A DNA stretch of 64,000 bases, from the NCBI GenBank assembly GCA_013239625.1, contig MU056050.1, forward strand, positions 4,016,084 through 4,080,083. Direction: 5' to 3'. This stretch comes from Lama guanicoe (lineage: Eukaryota). Within the stretch, counting starts at the first letter, position 1. Every line of letters begins with the position of its first letter. A program made the position numbers and the translations under genes. The notes under the pieces are model-generated. The model worked only from the letters and a program-made list of their open reading frames with translations, had not been told where the DNA came from and did no database searches. Shown here piece after piece: positions 1 to 13,182 of the stretch.

Positions 1-315
1 AGCATGAAGGCCATGTGGCTTGAGTTGAGTAAATAAAGGAGAAGAGTGGAAGGAGATACTATCAGAGAGACAAATGGACCAGATCAAACAGGGCAGAGTA
101 GCCACTTGCAACAAATTTAACTTCATCTCTGAGAGAAGTGGAAAGTTATTGAAAAGTTTTGAGTAGAAGTATGGGAAGAAATATGTCTTAACATGATAAT
201 TCTGACTATTGTCTAGAAAATAAATGGCTGGGATATCAAAAGTCCAAGCTTAGGAGCTTGATTAGGAGGCTACTGCAATAATTGAGATGATTTATGGTTT
301 GGCCTAGGCTGACAA
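1..315 (-). mobile_element. L2 LINE fragment
   Basis: Purine-rich stretch resembling antisense L2 (ggccatgtggcttgag...gaaaagttttgagtagaag...ttaggaggctactgcaataat). Confidence 0.7.
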
Positions 316-1370
316 CAGCCATTCTGTGACTTTTGATTGGAGAATTTAATCCATATATATTTGAAGTAATGATTGCTAGGTAAGGACTTATTATTTCCAT
401 TTTAGCCATCAATTCTTAATGTTTTAAAATAATCTTATCACCCAGGTGTGCGTCTCTAGGTACTAGAGCCTTATTTTATCCATTTTTTCTTAATTTGGTA
501 AATCTTCTTAGTCTCCTTGACTCTATTGTTTTCTAGTGTTCTCATTTCTTTATAATTTATCACTGAAGAATTTAAAACATTTGACCTTTGGAAGTTAATG
601 TAGATTTTATTGTTGTATACTCATGTAAAGTCGTCATGTTTCTTTGTCCTCTAAGTTTCTTGTATATTGGCAACTGGATCTAGAGACCGTATCAGACAGA
701 TTTGATCACTTTTGCAAATGAATAGATAGTGTATAGCAAGAGCATAGGAGGCACAAAATGTCTGGTTGTCCCTCTTTTTCTAATGTTAGCAGTCATTGAT
801 ACTAAATACCTGTATCCATTCATTGTGGCTTGAAAAATAGAAGCATTCTAATGTTATTTCTTATTCAACTTTTGGATAGTTTTATAGAGATAACTCCTCT
901 CATTTACTATTTGTTTACCCAGCAGTATGGTACATGAAGGAAATGTTTGATTCTTTCCCTTTATTTACCTGTTTTCAAGCTAATAAATTGCTTCCCTGTT
1001 ATCCTCTTAAAGTGACCAATTTTCTTAATATCAATATAGCTCATAGATTTAAACATATTTCATGGGGTTCAGTCATTTGTAATTATTACTGAAGTTTGTG
1101 TTATCCCCTCATTGGCCAGTGGGAGTCCTTTCAAGTTGGTTCCTAAGTCCACCTGACCTACACATATTTGGTAGCTTCCTTGCTATCTGTCATTACAAGA
1201 ATTTCCATGCTTGTTGGCTTGTTTTGTATTTTTTTTTTTCTTTTTTGCCCTAAACCTAGAATCAACTATTTCTCCAAGAAGCTCTGGTTTGGGATAGTGG
1301 TAAATGATATTTCAAGACTACAGTCTGGACACCAGGCTTGCTCACTGCTACTGAGTTGGGATTGTACCTA
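316..1370 (-). mobile_element. Old L1 (L1M-type) fragments
   Basis: 316-410 matches antisense L1 near the ORF2 start (cttttgattggagaatttaatcca...aaggactta). The rest is T-rich, degenerate L1M-like sequence. Confidence 0.55.
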
Positions 1371-1384
1371 GATCCTTCAGTCAG

Positions 1385-4300
1385 TTTTTCTTGTGATGAG
1401 AATTCTTAGGATTTATTCTCTTAACTTCCATATATAACCTACAGCAGTGTTACTTACATTTATCATGTTGTACATTATATCCCTAGTACTTATTTATCTT
1501 ATTACTGGAAGTTTATACCTTTTGACAGCCTTCATCGAATTCCCCCTGTAAACAAGCCACACTTCAGGTAACGACAAATCTGATCCCTTTTTTTTTTATG
1601 AGTTCCTTTGTTTCTGTTGTTTTTAAAGTATAATTGACTTCACTATGTTAGTTATTACTGTGTTATAGTATTATAGAACTAATACTATATTAGTTCCTGG
1701 CACAAAACATAGGGATTTGATATTTCTATACTTTCAAAATGATAAGTATGCTTACCATCTGTCACTATACATAAATATTGCATAATTATTGACTATATTC
1801 CCTACACTGTACATTTCATACCTATGACTCATTTATTTTGTAACTGAAAATTTGTACCTCTTAGTATCCCTTACCTATTCCTCTCCTTCCCACACCCCTT
1901 TTCCATCTGGCAGCCACTTGTTTTTTTCTGTATTTATGATTCTGTTTCTGTTTACCTGTTTGTTTTTTAGAATCCACATAGAAGTGCAATCATACAGAAT
2001 TTTTCTTTCTCTTCAGCTTATTTCACTTATCATAATACTCTCTAGCTTCATCCATGTCATTGCAAATTCCAAGATTACATTCTTTTTTTATAGTCAAGTA
2101 ATATTCCATTGCATATATATATATATATATATATATATACCACATCTTCTTTATCCCTTCAACTATCAGTGGACACTTAAGCTGCTTTCATATCTTGGCT
2201 ATTGTAAATAATGCTGCTGTTAACATTGGGGTACCTATCTTTTTGAATTAGTGCTTTTATTTTCTTTGGATATATAGCCAGTAATGAAGTAGCTGGTCAA
2301 TATGGTAGTTCTATCTTGAATTTTTAAAAAATCTCCATACTGTTTTCCATAGTGGCAGCACCAATTTACATTCCCACCAACAATGCACAAGGGTTCCCTT
2401 TTCTCCACATCCTCACCAATACTTGTTATTTGTTGTCTTTTTGATAATAACCATTTTGACAAGTGTGAGGTAATATCTCATGTGGTTTTGATTTGCATTT
2501 CCCTGATGATTAGTGATATTGAGCATCTTCTCATGTGTATGTTGGCCATGTGTTTATCTTCTTTGGAAAAATGTCTGTTCAGGTCCTCTGCCTTTATTTT
2601 AATTGGGTTGTTTGTATTTTTGATGTTGAGTTGTATGAGTTCTTTATGTATTTGGAATGTAAACCCCTTGTTGGATATGACGTATGCAAATATCTTCTCC
2701 CATTCAGTAGGTGGCTTTTTTGTTTTGTTGATAGTTTCCTTGGTTGTGCAGAAGCTTTTTAGTTTGCGGTAATCCCATTTGTTTATTTTGATATTGTTTC
2801 CCTTGCCTGAGGGGACATATCCAAAATAAATATTGCTGAGACTAATGTCAAAAACTGTATTGCCTATGTTTTTTTTTTTTTTGGCCTAAAAATTTTATGG
2901 TTTCAGGTCTTACATTTAAGTCTTTAATCCATTTTGAGTTAATTATTGTACATGGTGTGAGAAAGTAGTCCAATTTGATTCTTTTGCATGTAACTGTCCA
3001 GTTCTCCCAACATTGTTTATTGAAGAGGCCATCTTTTCCCCACTGTATATTCTTGTCTCCTTTGTTGGAGATTAATTGCCCATGTAAGTGTGGGTTCATT
3101 TCTGGGCTCTCTATTCTGTTCCTTTGATCTACATATCTGTTTTTGTGCCAGTACCATATAGTCTTGATGACTTTAGCTTTGTAGTATAGTTTGAAGGCAA
3201 GGAGCATGATACTTTTAGTTTTGTACTTTCTTAAGATTGTTTTGGCTTTTGGGGGATCTCTTCGTTTCCATACAAATTTTAGAATTATTTGTTCTAGTTC
3301 AGTGAAAAATGGTTATTTTCAAAGAAACAGTCTTAGTTTCATTGATCTTTTCTCTTTTGAGTTTGTGTTTTTTAATCTCTATATCTTGTGTCCTCTCACT
3401 GGTGTACAGACCTGGGTCCTGAGGTCTCTGTCTTCAGTGTCCATGAGTCCTGAATCTGGTGTCAGCCCACTGGTTGGCAGCCCCAAGGTGTCCTGATACT
3501 GATGGCACCCCTGGTTGGTAAGGCTAGGTCCCAGGGCTAGTAGCAACCCAGTGGTGGATGGAGCTGTGTCCCAGGGTCTCTGGCTGTAGTGCCATGGAGA
3601 TTTGGAGTTTGTGTTGACCCACAGATAACTGGGGCTAGGGCACTGGGGGTCCCAGGGCTGGTCCTCACTGCTGTGGGTGAGGCCGGCTACTGGGGCTTAT
3701 GCTGGCCTGCTGGTAAATGGGGCTGGGTCTTGAGTCCTGAGTCCTCTGGTGCATGGAGCCAGGTCCTGGGGCATCTGGGGTCTCAAGTGATCCTTCAGCA
3801 GCCAGTCTGCTGGTGAGTGGCACTCTGTCCCCACCCAGCTAGCTGCTTCGCCTGGGTTGTCACAGGACTGATGCTGAGTGACTGAAGGGAGAGTCTGAGT
3901 CTGGCACTAATAAGCTAGAAGGAGGATTTCAAAATGGCACTTGCCAGCACCAGTCTCCTTGTGGTGGGATGATCTCCCCAAAATGGTTTCTGCCATTGTC
4001 TGTGTCCTCTGGGTGATGTCTAAATGCCTCCTGCCTCTCTAGGTGGCTCTCCAAGATCAGCATGTAGGTCTAACCCAAGCTTCTTTCATATTATTGCTTC
4101 TGCCCTGGGCCCCAGAGTATGTGAGATTTTGTGTGCCCTTTAAGAGTCTCTATTTCCCACAGCCCTCTGGCTCTCCTGAAAGTAAGCCCTGTTGGTCTTC
4201 AAAGTCAACATTCTGAGGGCTTGTCTTCCCAGTACAGGACCCTGGGCTGGGGAGCCCAAAGTGTGGCTGAGACCCCTTGCTCCTTGGGGAGAACCTCTGC

Positions 4301-4544
4301 AATTGTAATTATCCTCCACTTTGTGGGTCACCCACCCAGGTTATGGGTCTTGACTATACTGCATCTCTGCCCCTGCTGCTCATCTCATTGTGGTTCCTTC
4401 TTTACATCTTTAGTTGTACAGAATCTTTTCTGCTGGTCTTCAGGTAATTCTCATTAATAGTTGCTCTGTAATTAGTAGTAATTTTGGTGTGCCTGTGAGA
4501 GGAGATGAGCCCAGGGTCTTCCTACTGCCATCTTGGCTACTCTC
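1385..4544 (-). mobile_element. Internally deleted L1: 3' UTR, ORF2 C-terminal region and 5' UTR
   Basis: Minus ORFs 2848-3207 ([32 protein letters not shown]...CWENW) and 2235-2462 ([19 protein letters not shown]) are L1 ORF2 C-terminal peptides. A GC-richer 5' UTR at about 3390-4544 ends with the L1 5' YY1-type motif CCAAGATGGC (gccatcttgg, 4527-4536). The 3' UTR has two related blocks (about 1385-1615 and 1615-1990). Confidence 0.9.
2113..2139. repeat. (TA)n microsatellite inside L1
   Basis: Read directly. Confidence 0.95.
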
Positions 4545-4699
4545 AAGATTCTTTCACGATTCTTAAGCATATATACATCTCTATCCATGAATGTGATAAG
4601 AGTTTCAATATGGATTCTTAAGGCGGGTATATATATATATATATATATACATATAGTGTGTGTGTGTCCTATTCACATTCAAGTTTATAAAGTTCTAAA

Positions 4700-6480
4700 T
4701 TCCTTTCTGTAAAATCCATATTTTCTTTCTTCTACACGAAAGATTCTGCTCCTTAAGGACATAGCATGGTGAGGATCAATTAGAATATAACAACTTACTT
4801 TTTAAATCTCTAATTCCATTCACATTAGTCTCAGAAAAACAGTATTACTACTACCTCCAATATGATTACTGAAATGTTAAAAATACTTTTACTTGTACAC
4901 TATTTTCCATCTATTTTTAAAATGATTGTATTGTATTTTATTTTCAAAACATATAGCTGTTACATAACACCCTCTTTCCCTCTTAGTACCTTGTTTAGTT
5001 CTGCAAATAACTAAATATTGAATGCTTATGACCTAGTCTTTTATTAAGGTCTCTCTAGTCATTTTGTGTATGAAGCTTGTTCTCTATTAGGTTCTTCAGG
5101 AAGGATTCATGGGCATAATATTAGCTGAGTTCCTGTATTTTGATAAAGGCTTATGCACTTTAGAGCTAAAAGTTAATTTTGCTGAATACAAAATCCTTGG
5201 CACACATTTCTTTTCTTCAGTATTCAAAATGTTACTACTTTCATCTGACATAAATCATTGCTGTCAAAAAAGTCTGATGATAATTTAATTTTCTTTCCTT
5301 TATAAGCACTTTTCTTTCTAGTTACCCAAAGGAAATTAGTTTCTTTAAAATTCTATAATTTTAATAAAATATATCATGGTGTTTGTAGTTCTGTGTAAGT
5401 ATTCTCATATACACAATATGCTCTTTCAATATGTAGTTTCAAATCATTTTTTTTATGAACATTTTCTTGAATTTGCTTTTTTAGTTTTTATTCTTTTTCC
5501 TTACTTGGCTTTTCTTCATCAAGGATAATATAATATCTGTATGTCCATTCTCTCTTGTTTATTTTTAACATCTTTCACGTTCTTTCAAGTCTTTTTTATC
5601 TTTCTTTACTTTAAAATATTCCCTTTTTTGTCTTTTATTTTTCTTATGAAATTAACTGATTTTTAATTCACTCTTATGTGCCTTGTGAATATAGTTTCAT
5701 TTCAGAAATAATTTTTTACTTTTAGTTCTAATCTAAGTTCTTTCATCTTCTTTCTGAGTTTTTAAATGTATTGTATTCTTTTCTTTAATCTTCTTGCTCA
5801 TTTTGGAATTGTAGTTTACAGTTTTGATCTGCTTTTGAAGTATGTGTTTCTGGGGTGTCTGTATTATTGTATTATTGTCTGTAGGGAAGTTATTCTGCCC
5901 ATTCTCTATTATTTTTATAATAAATTTGAGTAGATTTTAATCTTGATAATTTTCTCTTGCTGACTTTTATTTGAAATTAGTCTTCTTGATTTTTTTAAAA
6001 AGAGGCACAATTTAGGAACGCTCTTATAAACTTAACAGATTTCCTTCTTTTGTTTTCATATAATGTTCAAAAATATTACTGTTTGCTATCTGAGATTTCC
6101 TAGCTCTATTTTCTTCCCCTACTTTGACATAGCTTCTCTTTCTCTACTGTCCCTATCTTGTTCAATTTTTATCCTACTCTTAGAAATTCCTCCTCAGTGT
6201 AGGGCCCGTTGTAGACGTGAGCTCTAGTGGGGCATATGTGAATGTTCATGGGAGTTACACTAATCTCGCTGCTCCAATTCTTTGTACCACAGGCTGCTTA
6301 CTTTCACCTACTGTTAGAGAGGGAAAATCACTTCCATTTTCAGCTCTTGTTACCTCTTAGCTGTTTCAGAGTTATCTATTCCCAAGTTCATTGCACACCA
6401 CCCTTGTTGCTTTCTTGATACCATATAGGTCTGGTGTCAACTAATTTTTATCACCTGCTTACATTCTGTTGTGAATGTCA
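4700..6480 (-). mobile_element. Old L1 (L1MC/ME-like) ORF1/5' region
   Basis: Antisense L1 motifs (ttttgctgaatacaaaatccttgg; aagtctgatgataatttaattttctttcctttataag). Confidence 0.65.
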
Positions 6481-7946
6481 TCCAGAGGCATTTAGTTCTC
6501 TCATCTAGTTCTCTCTCTTTTTATAGAGGATATGGAGAGACTGACACATGCTGTTGCTGTTGTTCCTTCTTCTTAGAATCTAAGAAATAAATTTTAATTC
6601 CAATTTTCTTTTTTTTAAAGCAAGGGCTTGGCAAATTCTTGGCAGTGGAGCCTTTTTGCCAATTAAATTTTACACCCATCCACCAAGTATAAAAAATATA
6701 TATAGTGAAAAACATAAATATAAATAAAATGTAAAAACATATACATATATTAGTATATAATTATTTTAAGACTAATTATAAATACATTTGGTAAGAACAA
6801 TTAGGCTGCTGTCATGCCTCAGCATCTAATTTATCTCTCCATTTGTTTTGGTTGAGAACAGAAAATTCTGATTTACTCATCTGAGAAGATGAAATGATAA
6901 CAGCTTGTTTTTAAAAACAATTTGCCTTGCAATCTTAAGTATCTGTTTCAACTGATTTGATTTGTCATAAGTATTTAAATGGGACAAGAAAGAAATAACA
7001 TTTTCAATAAATACTAAAACCAGTATGATGTCATACTTTCTTTTCCTTTTTGACTACAGAAACTACTATTGAATCAAACAAGCTGAGCAGATGTTTCTGT
7101 GCCTGGCTGGGCATTTAATTGACTGTGGTCAGATACACTGTGGTCGTAGGTTGGCCTATACAATTTACTTTCATAATCATGGGATGGCTATTTTTGAAAG
7201 AGTTCAGCACTATAAATTTAATCAATGACACACTTAGGAAATTCTCAAGCATGTTCTAGAAATGTCAGGAACTGTTTTATTCCCAGGTCTGCAGAAAAAT
7301 GTGGTGATTTGAGAGCATGCATAAATGGGATAAGGGTTTCAACAAGAAGTTAAAATTTGGTGTATTACATATCAGAGTGTGCATTTTCTATTAAGTGGCA
7401 AATTCATTAAGACAAACACAAGTAAAATTTAGGTCAAACATTTCTGGAACTTCTAGGCACTGTCAATCACTGTATGAAATCTAGTGAATTAGAATATGTA
7501 CTCATGAAAATTTTATTTTATGTCCTTGAGTTGAAATATATAATCCAATAAATGATTTTGTCACAAATATTAGCTTTCACATGAATAAAACCAATACAGT
7601 AACAGGAAAAGAAGTTTGAATTCAATTGTTATTTTGAGAGTCCTTTACCTCCTAGGTCTACTTTCATAACCTGGGAAGAAAGTGATTCTTTGTTAAGATA
7701 CCATTTATCTATAATAGAAAATAAAAATGGCAGAATCTGTCAACCAAAGCTTGCAACTTGTTAGTTTATTTTGTTTCTTTTCCCTATATCAGAGTGATTT
7801 CATCTGTCTGTGAAGATGTCCTTTCAAGTGCTTTTGAGGCATTACTTTGCTACAGTACACAGTTTAGGTTATCAGTGATGAACCATTGTCTTCTATGGTT
7901 AATTTTTTCCTTCTTTTTCTTCTTTTGCTAAATTATTTTGTTTAGG

Positions 7947-7984
7947 GTGTGTGTGTGTGTGTGTGTGTGTGTCTGTGTGTGTGT
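7947..7984. repeat. (GT)n microsatellite
   Basis: Read directly; one interruption. Confidence 0.95.
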
Positions 7985-8676
7985 AAGAGTACAACCAGCC
8001 AGTCTGGCTTTTTTAGAATGTGCACTAAATGGTCATTCTCAGATGAACTATATTTTTGCTCATTGTCCATCCCTTTCATTTATATAATAGCAAAGAAAGA
8101 ACAATAGTTAGGTAAGTCATTTTATTAACATTCATGTTTCATTTTCAATCAATACACTAAAGTATGGTTTTTAAATTACCTTTGAAATAGAATCTCAACA
8201 ATGCCTGTTGAAATGTATTATTAAAAGGAGATAGGCATTAATTACCTAAATAGTGCTAGAAAGAAGCTGAAAGGGGATAGTAGCAGAGGAAAATAATTAA
8301 CCTGAAACTAAAATGAAGAGATTTCAAATCCATTCAGACTTGTCAAAGTGGTTCATAGCCTTTGAAGCTCTGGTAAGTCAGTCATATCCTATTGCAATAG
8401 ATTGATTCATCCTTGTAGTAATGATTAAAGGGAAATATATTGTAACAGTGGTGTTCATACAATAGTGTGATATTTGTTGTCATTGAAATGGGTGGACTGT
8501 GCACTCTATGCTCCCTAGAAGACGATTCTTTCATCTTTGAACACTATGACCACAAGACTGGAAATTGCTGCCAGTTACATATTTGAATAGAAACTAATGT
8601 TTCAGAGATATGAAATCCCTTCTTACCAACTAAACTTTTTCTCTGAGACCTATAACTATCCTTAATAAAAAGTGAG

Positions 8677-9075
8677 ATGTTAGAGAAAGACAGATATTGT
8701 ATGATCTCACTTGTCTGTGGAATCTAAGAAAAACCAAACCTGTAAAATCAGAAAATAGAATGGTGGTTACCAGGGTCTCAGGCTGGAGGAATAGGAAAGA
8801 TGTTTAAGGCTATAAACCTGCAACTAGTAGATAAATAATTTCTGGAGATCTAACGCACAGCATAGACTACAATACTGTATTATAAACATCGAACTTGCTA
8901 AGAGACTAGATCTTAATTATTCCTGCAACAAAGTAAAAATGATAATTATGTAATATAATAAAGGCATTAGCTGATGCTACAGTGGTAATTATATTACAAT
9001 ATATAAATGTATCAAATCAACATGTACACATTAAGCTTACACAAAGTTATATGTCAAGTATATTTCAATAAAAAA
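8677..9075 (+). mobile_element. 5'-truncated L1 3' end (L1MA-like)
   Basis: gagaaagacagatattgtatgatctcacttgtctgtggaatctaa...tggtggttaccaggg...ttatatgtcaagtatatttcaataaaaaa. Confidence 0.85.
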
Positions 9076-9635
9076 TGGGCAAAGATATATAACAAATTTC
9101 AAAGAAACAGAATGCCTACACACAGACATGGGCCTTCCAACAATAAAATAAAACTGCTATCAATTAGATTTTTTGAGGAAATCATCCAGTTTTGAAAATA
9201 CTTCTCTACAGTCACACATATGCATTGAACATCAGTTTTAACATTTTTTTCTTGTGTGTTAATTGAGTTGCTGCCTTCTCTTTACATAGTCAAGAACTTG
9301 ATTAGCTCGACCTAGCCTTCTCCTGTCAAATTTTACAATGTCACTTGGCTTCCTTCTATACATAGAAAACATCTTCAGTAGCATGGCCTATATATAGAAA
9401 GAAATCAAGTGATGTTGTCTATATTAATGAAGCCAAGTGTATATTTTATATATATACATATTCCACTGTCAGACAGAAAACAACACAGAAAAATCAATTT
9501 TCCTGTGACTATCACCTACAATAGAAATTTCCAGTTCTACTCCCATCAGCAATTGTTTTACAACTATTTAACAGTTGACAGTGTCTTAGTGGTTGATTTT
9601 AATCGAGCCAAATCTTTTTCTAAGCCACACATTAA

Positions 9636-9885
9636 GAGGCGATATAGTTTAGTGGTTTTAGAACATGGAGCCTAAAGTCAGTTTGCTTTGATTTATAGCC
9701 TGACTGTGCCACTTACAGACTGTGATCCTAGGCAAGTTGAAGAACTTTTCTATGTCTCACATTCCTTATCTGTGATAAGGAAATGATTACAGAACTACTG
9801 TGAGAATTAGGGAAGCTAACATACGTACAGTGTTTAACACATAGCATGACATATGCTAAACACTACATTTAAGTATTAAATCTTA
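9636..9885 (+). mobile_element. MIR SINE
   Basis: MIR core: tgccacttacagactgtgatcctaggcaagtt...ttccttatctgtgataagg...tgtgagaatta. Confidence 0.8.
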
Positions 9886-10976
9886 GTATTGTTTTGCACA
9901 TATTTTCAATATTTCAAAAAGAGCACTTTTTATAATAATTGATTTTTAAAGAGTCAGTTAGATCTAGTGTCAAAGGTATTTTCAACATAGATCTTGAAAA
10001 GGCTTCAGAGTTCATAGGTGGAGGCTCTTTTTTGAACTCACATGTGAAGAATTATCTCTGTTGAGGTCTTTGCTTAAACATCTTCAGAGGCGTGACCTTA
10101 TGACCTGAGGAGGCAGAGCCTACTTTCCACACTTCCCAATATAAGACTCCTTCTTACATGGGAAGTGGGTGTAATTGAGTTGGCACTCAACTCTCATCTG
10201 GGAAACAATCCTGCAGATTCAAGGTATAGCCAGAGTAATAAAAATGGCAGATTTGTCGTTTTATTTGCATAATCATTAGAGGTAACCATTCAAGCATAAA
10301 AGTAAATTTTCTGCTGCTACAACAGTTTTTGTTTCTGTTTTTCATCATAAAACTAATTAGGAATGGTAAAGGGTTGAACCAGGAATTTTAGGGGGAGGGT
10401 GAGAAAGATAAAGTCTGGTTATTTTCATTACCTATACATTTTTGGGACATTCTCTATTCTATTTTATTGTCAACTAATTGACAGATATTTAAAAAATTAT
10501 ATCTAAACTGTAGTGGTAAGCGCTACAGAAATAGACATTTTCCTGTTTAATATAGTTTCTCTTCTAATTCCCTAGCACTTTCTTAAACCATACATTATTT
10601 TCTTTCGTTATCAGACCTGCAATAGGGCTTCAGTGACATTAAGTTAAAAAAAAATGTAACTAAAACCATGCTATAAAGCCTTTATAAAACACAAAGGCCC
10701 AACATTGCAGAGGATAGCCTTCTGAAAAGCAGTACCTGGAGGAAGCTTTATGAAATATCCATCCTTTAAGATAAATCACCAGATACTCTAATGGACTCTG
10801 TTACATTTAGAAGTCTTTTTCAGGCAAAGGACCTCTCCTCGATTGACATCTATTATTCACATTCTTCCTTTTGGTTTGACCCTATGCTACTCAGGGCAGA
10901 TCTAGACAATGCAACACAGTAGGTGATTGTTCATCTTTATTCTTTTCTTTCACTTTACTTTCTGAACCCTATTGAC

Positions 10977-11007
10977 TTTTTTGTTTTTTGTTTTTTGTTT
11001 TTTGTTT
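10977..11007. repeat. (TTTTTG)n simple repeat
   Basis: Read directly. Confidence 0.85.
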
Positions 11008-11309
11008 GGGACTCCTTCACTAGAGTGTCATGATCCTAACATGGGGGAAAAAAAGGGTCAAATATTCTTCAATCAATTAGGCTTTATTATATTATGTATC
11101 ATCTCTCCTCAGATCATGTGTATATGTAACTGTGGCATTTGTTGATGGTAATACTTAACTGAAGATCCAACATTTTTAAGTGATAGAGTTTAGGGTCTCA
11201 TGATATAAATGCAATTAAATATGCCATTATTTTCAAATTATTAGATTAAGAAGATGACATAGACATAATGAATCAGGATTTTAGCCATATTTTAAAGAAA
11301 CTTCACATA

Positions 11310-12090
11310 GTATCCTGGTATAATATCCTGGCCATCATGTTGTTTGGTAAATAATAGTTGTTTATTACATGGAAATTGAATGGAATTGCAATGTAGAGAA
11401 ATGTAGAGTTACAGAGATGTGAGTCAGGAGATTTCATAATATACATGAAAAGTATTGGTTCACTGGATGGGATCTGTATCTGGAGAGTCATATCTAGTGG
11501 AGAATTATAGGGCTTGGATATTGAACTTAATTATTTCCACTTTTAGCAAAAAACTTAAGACAAAGAACATAGATAAGCTTATCAAATTTGTGGATGATGG
11601 TACTTGACAGGATACTAATACAGAATGAAGATTTAATAGAAAAAATCTGACAGGCTGAAATGATAAATGAAAACTACAGTGATGGATTTTACTAGATAGC
11701 AAAAATTTACTGCAAAATTATAGGAGAAGGGTAAAACTCCTTAAGAGCTTCTCATGTAAAACAGATGTTTCTGTTGACTGAGTGAATGTAAGAAATGTAC
11801 CGTTGCTATGAAAATTATGAAATAGTTTGGATTCACCTGAGTGTAAGGTCCACGGTAAAGGAGCTTATCTTCTTTCACTGGTTGGACCATATTGTGAATG
11901 TTGGGTTCACTTGTGGGAGAAATGCCTTTTAAGAGTGGCATGCTCTTTTAAGAGGACAGGAGACTAGGAAGTAGAAAGTCTGAAAATTATATGGGAGGGA
12001 TGGTAGAGGAAATCTGGGAATTTTTGCACAGAGAAAGGAGAGGTAAGGAATGAATGATAATTGAGTCCACATATGTGATGAGCTCTCAGG
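11310..12090 (+). mobile_element. L3/CR1 LINE ORF2 (reverse transcriptase region) relic
   Basis: 11578-11598 translates LIKFVDD (CR1 RT 'LIKFADD'). 11878-11916 translates LVGPYCECWVHLW (CR1 'LVRPHLEYCVQFW'). Order and spacing fit CR1 ORF2. Confidence 0.75.
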
Positions 12091-12124
12091 CCCTTAAATA
12101 TAGATATTTTTCATTGGTTTTTTT

Positions 12125-13180
12125 TTCATTCTTTTGTTTAACAAATATGTGAGTGCTCTATATATTCCAGACCGTGTTGTAAGCTCTGTAGATAAAGAAG
12201 TGAACTCGTCAATGTTCCCACCTCATGGAACTTGCTTTTTAAGTTCTTTCATCCCTTATGCTTGTCTCATTCTATGCATTGTACTTAGGCAATTCCATCC
12301 ACTCTCATGGCTTTGTTTGGTCAACCTCCTATCAGTAATCATGTTGATAACCTGTACAATGTCATCTTTAGGCAGAGTTCTCCTATGAAACCTAACTCAG
12401 ACTTCTTCATTTAAGAATCATTTATCTTCATCAGGCACTTTTTATGCTCTGGGAATACAGCAGAAAAGAGTACAGATGCATTACCCTTGTTCTCATGGAT
12501 TCTGCCATCTACTGGGAAAGATGAGTGTTAAATATTGGTACAGATAAATATAAATTAAGAATTAGGAGTTCTAGAAATGCAAATTACAGAATGCCATGAT
12601 GGCAAATGAATGAGGAAGGGGACCTCACCTTTCTGAGCAATAATATTTAAGGTAAGACCTAAAAGATAACAAAGAATTAACCAAGCCAAGAGATAAAGAA
12701 TTAAATGTTCAGGGTAAGCAAACAGTATATGTGAAGACACTGTTGTCTCCCCAAACTGCCCCTTCTCCTGTAGTCATCCTCAAATTCTCCCTCTGTCTCA
12801 TATTCTTTGTACAGTCCATCAGTCCCTTCTGCTTACCCTGAACATTTAATTCATATGCAAAGACACTGAGATGCTGTCCCCTCTTCACCATCTCCATTGC
12901 AGAAATCACCGCTCACACTCATCATCGTTCAACTATGTTCCTGGAACACTCTCATAACTGATTTTCCTACCAAACATTTTTACTCACCTTTACTCACAGT
13001 TGACAGAATAAAAATGTTAAAAAATATTACCTTATGCCCCTAGTTAAAATTCTTCACTAACTCTGTATCACCTATAGAATAAAATAGAAACCCCTGAAGA
13101 AAGTACCTAAGGCCCTTCTGGACCTGCCCCTGCCTACTTCTTCAGCTTCATTTCTTATCACTCTTCCTCTTATACCCTCA
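12125..13180. mobile_element. Cluster of L2 fragments in both orientations
   Basis: Antisense L2 3' ends at about 12125-12236 (ttcattc...aacaaatatgtgagtgc) and 12420-12740. Sense L2 at about 12270-12400 and 12740-13180. Confidence 0.65.
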
Positions 13181-13182
13181 GG

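Noticed and set aside
1852..3496. Longest ORFs (101-129 aa, hydrophobic) as membrane-protein genes
   Set aside because: They are antisense or sense frames of L1 ORF2 and 3' UTR; hydrophobicity comes from T-richness.
3390..4544. Host gene promoter or CpG island
   Set aside because: GC-rich but CpG-depleted, and explained by an L1 5' UTR.
7040..7120. Plus-strand coding exon after tttttgactacAG
   Set aside because: Stops in all three frames within 60 nt and no clear donor.
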